The notes beneath the pieces were generated by a model. It was given only the letters and a program-made list of their open reading frames with translations, searched no databases and was not told where the DNA came from. From positions 124,001 to 188,000 of the forward strand of contig ADNK01000875.1 in the NCBI GenBank assembly GCA_000320545.1: DNA of 64,000 nt, written 5' to 3'. Position 1 is the first letter of the stretch. Every line of letters starts with the position of its first letter. A program made the translations under genes and the position numbers. Origin of the DNA: Bigelowiella natans CCMP2755 (taxonomy: Eukaryota; Protista; Cercozoa). Below are positions 62,501-64,000 of this stretch, in pieces.

Positions 62501-64000
62501 GCGAATGCCACTGGGTACATCGAGATTCTCTTCATGCAATCCAATGGTCAATACAGCCGAGCGCACCAAATTGGCCGCTTTGGTGACCAGGCAGATACGC
62601 TAGATCTGAGCGTGAGAGACCTATTTGGAACTTCCATCCGTCAGATCGGCGATCTGAATCAAGACTCCACGCTCGACCTTATGGTAGGTGCGCCAGGAGA
62701 CGGCTTCAACAACACAGGCGCAGTGTGGATTCTGTTTATGGATGTGGCCAATACAGAAGTTGCTTATACCTATAAGATAGACCAGCATGAGCCATGGCTC
62801 AACCTGGTCAATGGCAGCGGCTTTGGTTGGAGCGTCGAAGTGATTGGCGACCTGAATGGTGATTTGATTCAGGATATAGCTGTAGGGGCGCCATTCACAA
62901 CTCCGACCCTCGGTGGAACTGAGAACAACGGTGTGGTATATCTGCTGACGCTAGACAAGTCTGGTGGCGTCACGGACAGCAGAAGGGTTCTCCCTGAGTT
63001 CGTGACGGATGACTCACTGTTCTTTGGTCGCAAGGTCAAGGCACAGCCCCGGCATCGTTCGTGCAATAGCCTCCACACAAAGTGTCTGGACAAACGCTCT
63101 GAGTACTACGAGCTAGTGACAACGCAAGGAGGCCAGGCTCACTGGAATATCTTCATTGACATCACACAGACACAAAACTGGTTCTCAGGAGGTTTTGTTG
63201 GAAGACAATTTTCGACACCTTACGGAAAGACCCACTACATCAATAGGCAGTTGAGGCCGAGATTGACTATCACTCACCTGGCCACAAGCACACCTTATAA
63301 CTCTGCGTTTGGCCTGAAGATCAGTTCTACCTTCCTTATCACACACGACGCAAATTCTACGTCGGGCATCCATGATATTGAAATCTCTACGTCCTTGGAA
63401 AGCGACTACAACGTCAACATTCTCACTAACACGATTAACTCGAACTTGCCTGGAACTACGAACCCGTACCATTTCATCCCACATCTGAAGAATACCCTCT
63501 TCAAGACTCCAATTTTCAGACTTTCTCATCCCGAAGTCTATGGTTTGGAGAGTAGGTATATCTTGCAGCCAAACTTCACACTTTCGTTTGAGTACAATAT
63601 GAACGAGACTGCAACCATCGGGGGTGTGCTCGAGAGTTCCATAACGATGAAGTACAAGATCTCTGATGACGTTACCGACTATTTGTACAAGGTTCAAAAC
63701 TTCACGGTGATGCTAAACGATAGCTCCAACGATCACCCTGTGATTCTGTCGCTACCCAAGCACTCCACATTAGAAGACACTGATCTGGTCATGCGGGACC
63801 TCACCATTGTTGACACTGACTTCTATGAGATCTACAAAGACGGTATGATGATGACCAACATCACTGTGGTCAACGGAAAGGTGTCATTGGACGGATTCCT
63901 CGAAGGTCTGTGGTTCATTGAGGCCAACAGCTCGGAGACAAATCCAGAATACGATTGGACCGACCGCTTGGTGTTCAAAGCAGGACTCATACAAACAAAC
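28333..64000 (+). CDS. Giant secreted/cell-surface modular adhesin-like protein, over 11,000 aa, 3' incomplete
   Basis: Signal peptide MRAIGRLLRIVVLLALSSSAR at 28333. About 14 short exons to 31150, then exon 31260-39681, intron 39682-39820 (GT..AG), and an exon from 39821 open to the window end (8060 codons). The ORF track lists no stop-terminated ORF in that frame, and spot translations read in frame through to ...DRLVFKAGLIQTN. Confidence 0.92.
28540..28791 (+). other. N-terminal PAN/Apple-like domain of the giant protein
   Basis: SENACKSACS..CMFFSFSSSTLTCKLY Cys pattern. Confidence 0.7.
29408..29519. repeat. (CA)n-(TA)n-(TG)n quasi-palindromic microsatellite in an intron of the giant gene
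   Basis: ATTTA(CA)n...(TA)n...(TG)nTAAAT; the arms are reverse complements. Confidence 0.9.
31045..36165 (+). repeat. Six ~190-aa beta-rich repeats separated by (S/T)PT(S/T)LSPT mucin-like linkers
   Basis: Recurring GRC..F.N, FPANSTCG, VWCQG.FLR.VY.G, FSTG and SG..C.LPYT.SPT blocks; long PT/S array at about 35690-36160. Confidence 0.9.
36190..37305 (+). other. LamG/concanavalin-A-like domain followed by WSC and WSC-like domains
   Basis: PGQWHHVCGVYDG..LYLNG..FSGVIKDARAY..AL (LamG); WVGCF..SCQAAC..YFALRDGGYCTCGN..CG..NAVYR (WSC); YAGCY..DCR..GGSYDIAVY. Confidence 0.85.
37306..39050 (+). repeat. About seven ~70-aa Cys-rich repeats (sushi/CCP-like)
   Basis: Recurring D(V/I)C..G.P..A.GLP..A..C..C..C..GY..G.G.I.C..L.C. 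Confidence 0.75.
40040..40490 (+). other. F5/8 type C (discoidin)-like domain inserted in a stalk repeat
   Basis: SPEKANDNNPLTRW..IKNFEVY..IELVIKDTWGG..QLNELEI. Confidence 0.65.
58435..58790 (+). other. Beta-trefoil (ricin-B/MytiLec-like) lectin domain inserted in a stalk repeat
   Basis: Three sub-repeats: LKHSSTGLCLHP, IRHVDSQLCVMP, IRHVATGNCLQP. Confidence 0.75.
61244..61990 (+). other. Sushi-like, SRCR and PAN-like domains
   Basis: CVLGCDPGF..VTCLTSG; VKLQDG..SGRLEVYRNGSYGPVCQD..VICR..CSGNETALSQC..VGLTC (SRCR); SAEDCKEICT..CSGVVW..CYL (PAN). Confidence 0.8.
62020..63045 (+). other. FG-GAP (integrin-alpha-like) beta-propeller
   Basis: Five Ca-binding blades DLDGNGYNEMVYG, GDINGDGIEDIAVSG, DDINGDGIPEVVVG, GDLNQDSTLDLMVGAPGD and GDLNGDLIQDIAVGAPF, with FG..GAV motifs. 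Confidence 0.9.

Noticed and set aside
39821-64000. Dozens of short ORFs on both strands
   Set aside because: They are shadow ORFs in alternative frames of one continuous plus-strand exon.
1-64000. tRNA, rRNA, CRISPR or prokaryotic operon features
   Set aside because: None recognised; the only tRNA-like sequence is the short PBS candidate.

Overview
Intron-rich eukaryotic (protist-type) nuclear DNA with short GT-AG introns and many microsatellites; the organism cannot be named from sequence alone. From left to right: a spliced MOB1-family gene (minus), a four-finger RanBP2-type zinc-finger gene (plus), a heavily spliced CocE/NonD (peptidase S15-like) hydrolase (minus), a six-finger C2H2 zinc-finger gene (plus), an intact 5.7-kb Ty3/Gypsy LTR retrotransposon (326-bp LTRs that read as identical, CAAT target-site duplication), a poorly resolved membrane/coiled-coil gene (minus), and a giant secreted modular protein gene (28333 to beyond the window end, over 11,000 aa) whose 24-kb last exon is missing from the ORF track because it has no stop. 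Three signals stand out. (1) The gaps downstream of gene 3' ends, including both convergent gene pairs, are depleted of TpA. The effect is strongest around the LTR element, where nearly all survivors are in CTA/TAG context, TpG/CpA is high and CpG is retained, suggesting a TpA-directed hypermutation of repeats opposite in direction to fungal RIP. (2) The Gypsy element that landed in one such island ends in a DIRS/phage-Dam-like adenine-methyltransferase-type domain at the position where chromoviruses carry a chromodomain. (3) The giant protein is an IPT/TIG-like stalk with lectin-like and bacterial-type domains inserted, mostly at one loop. All domain calls are from motif recognition by eye, not database searches.
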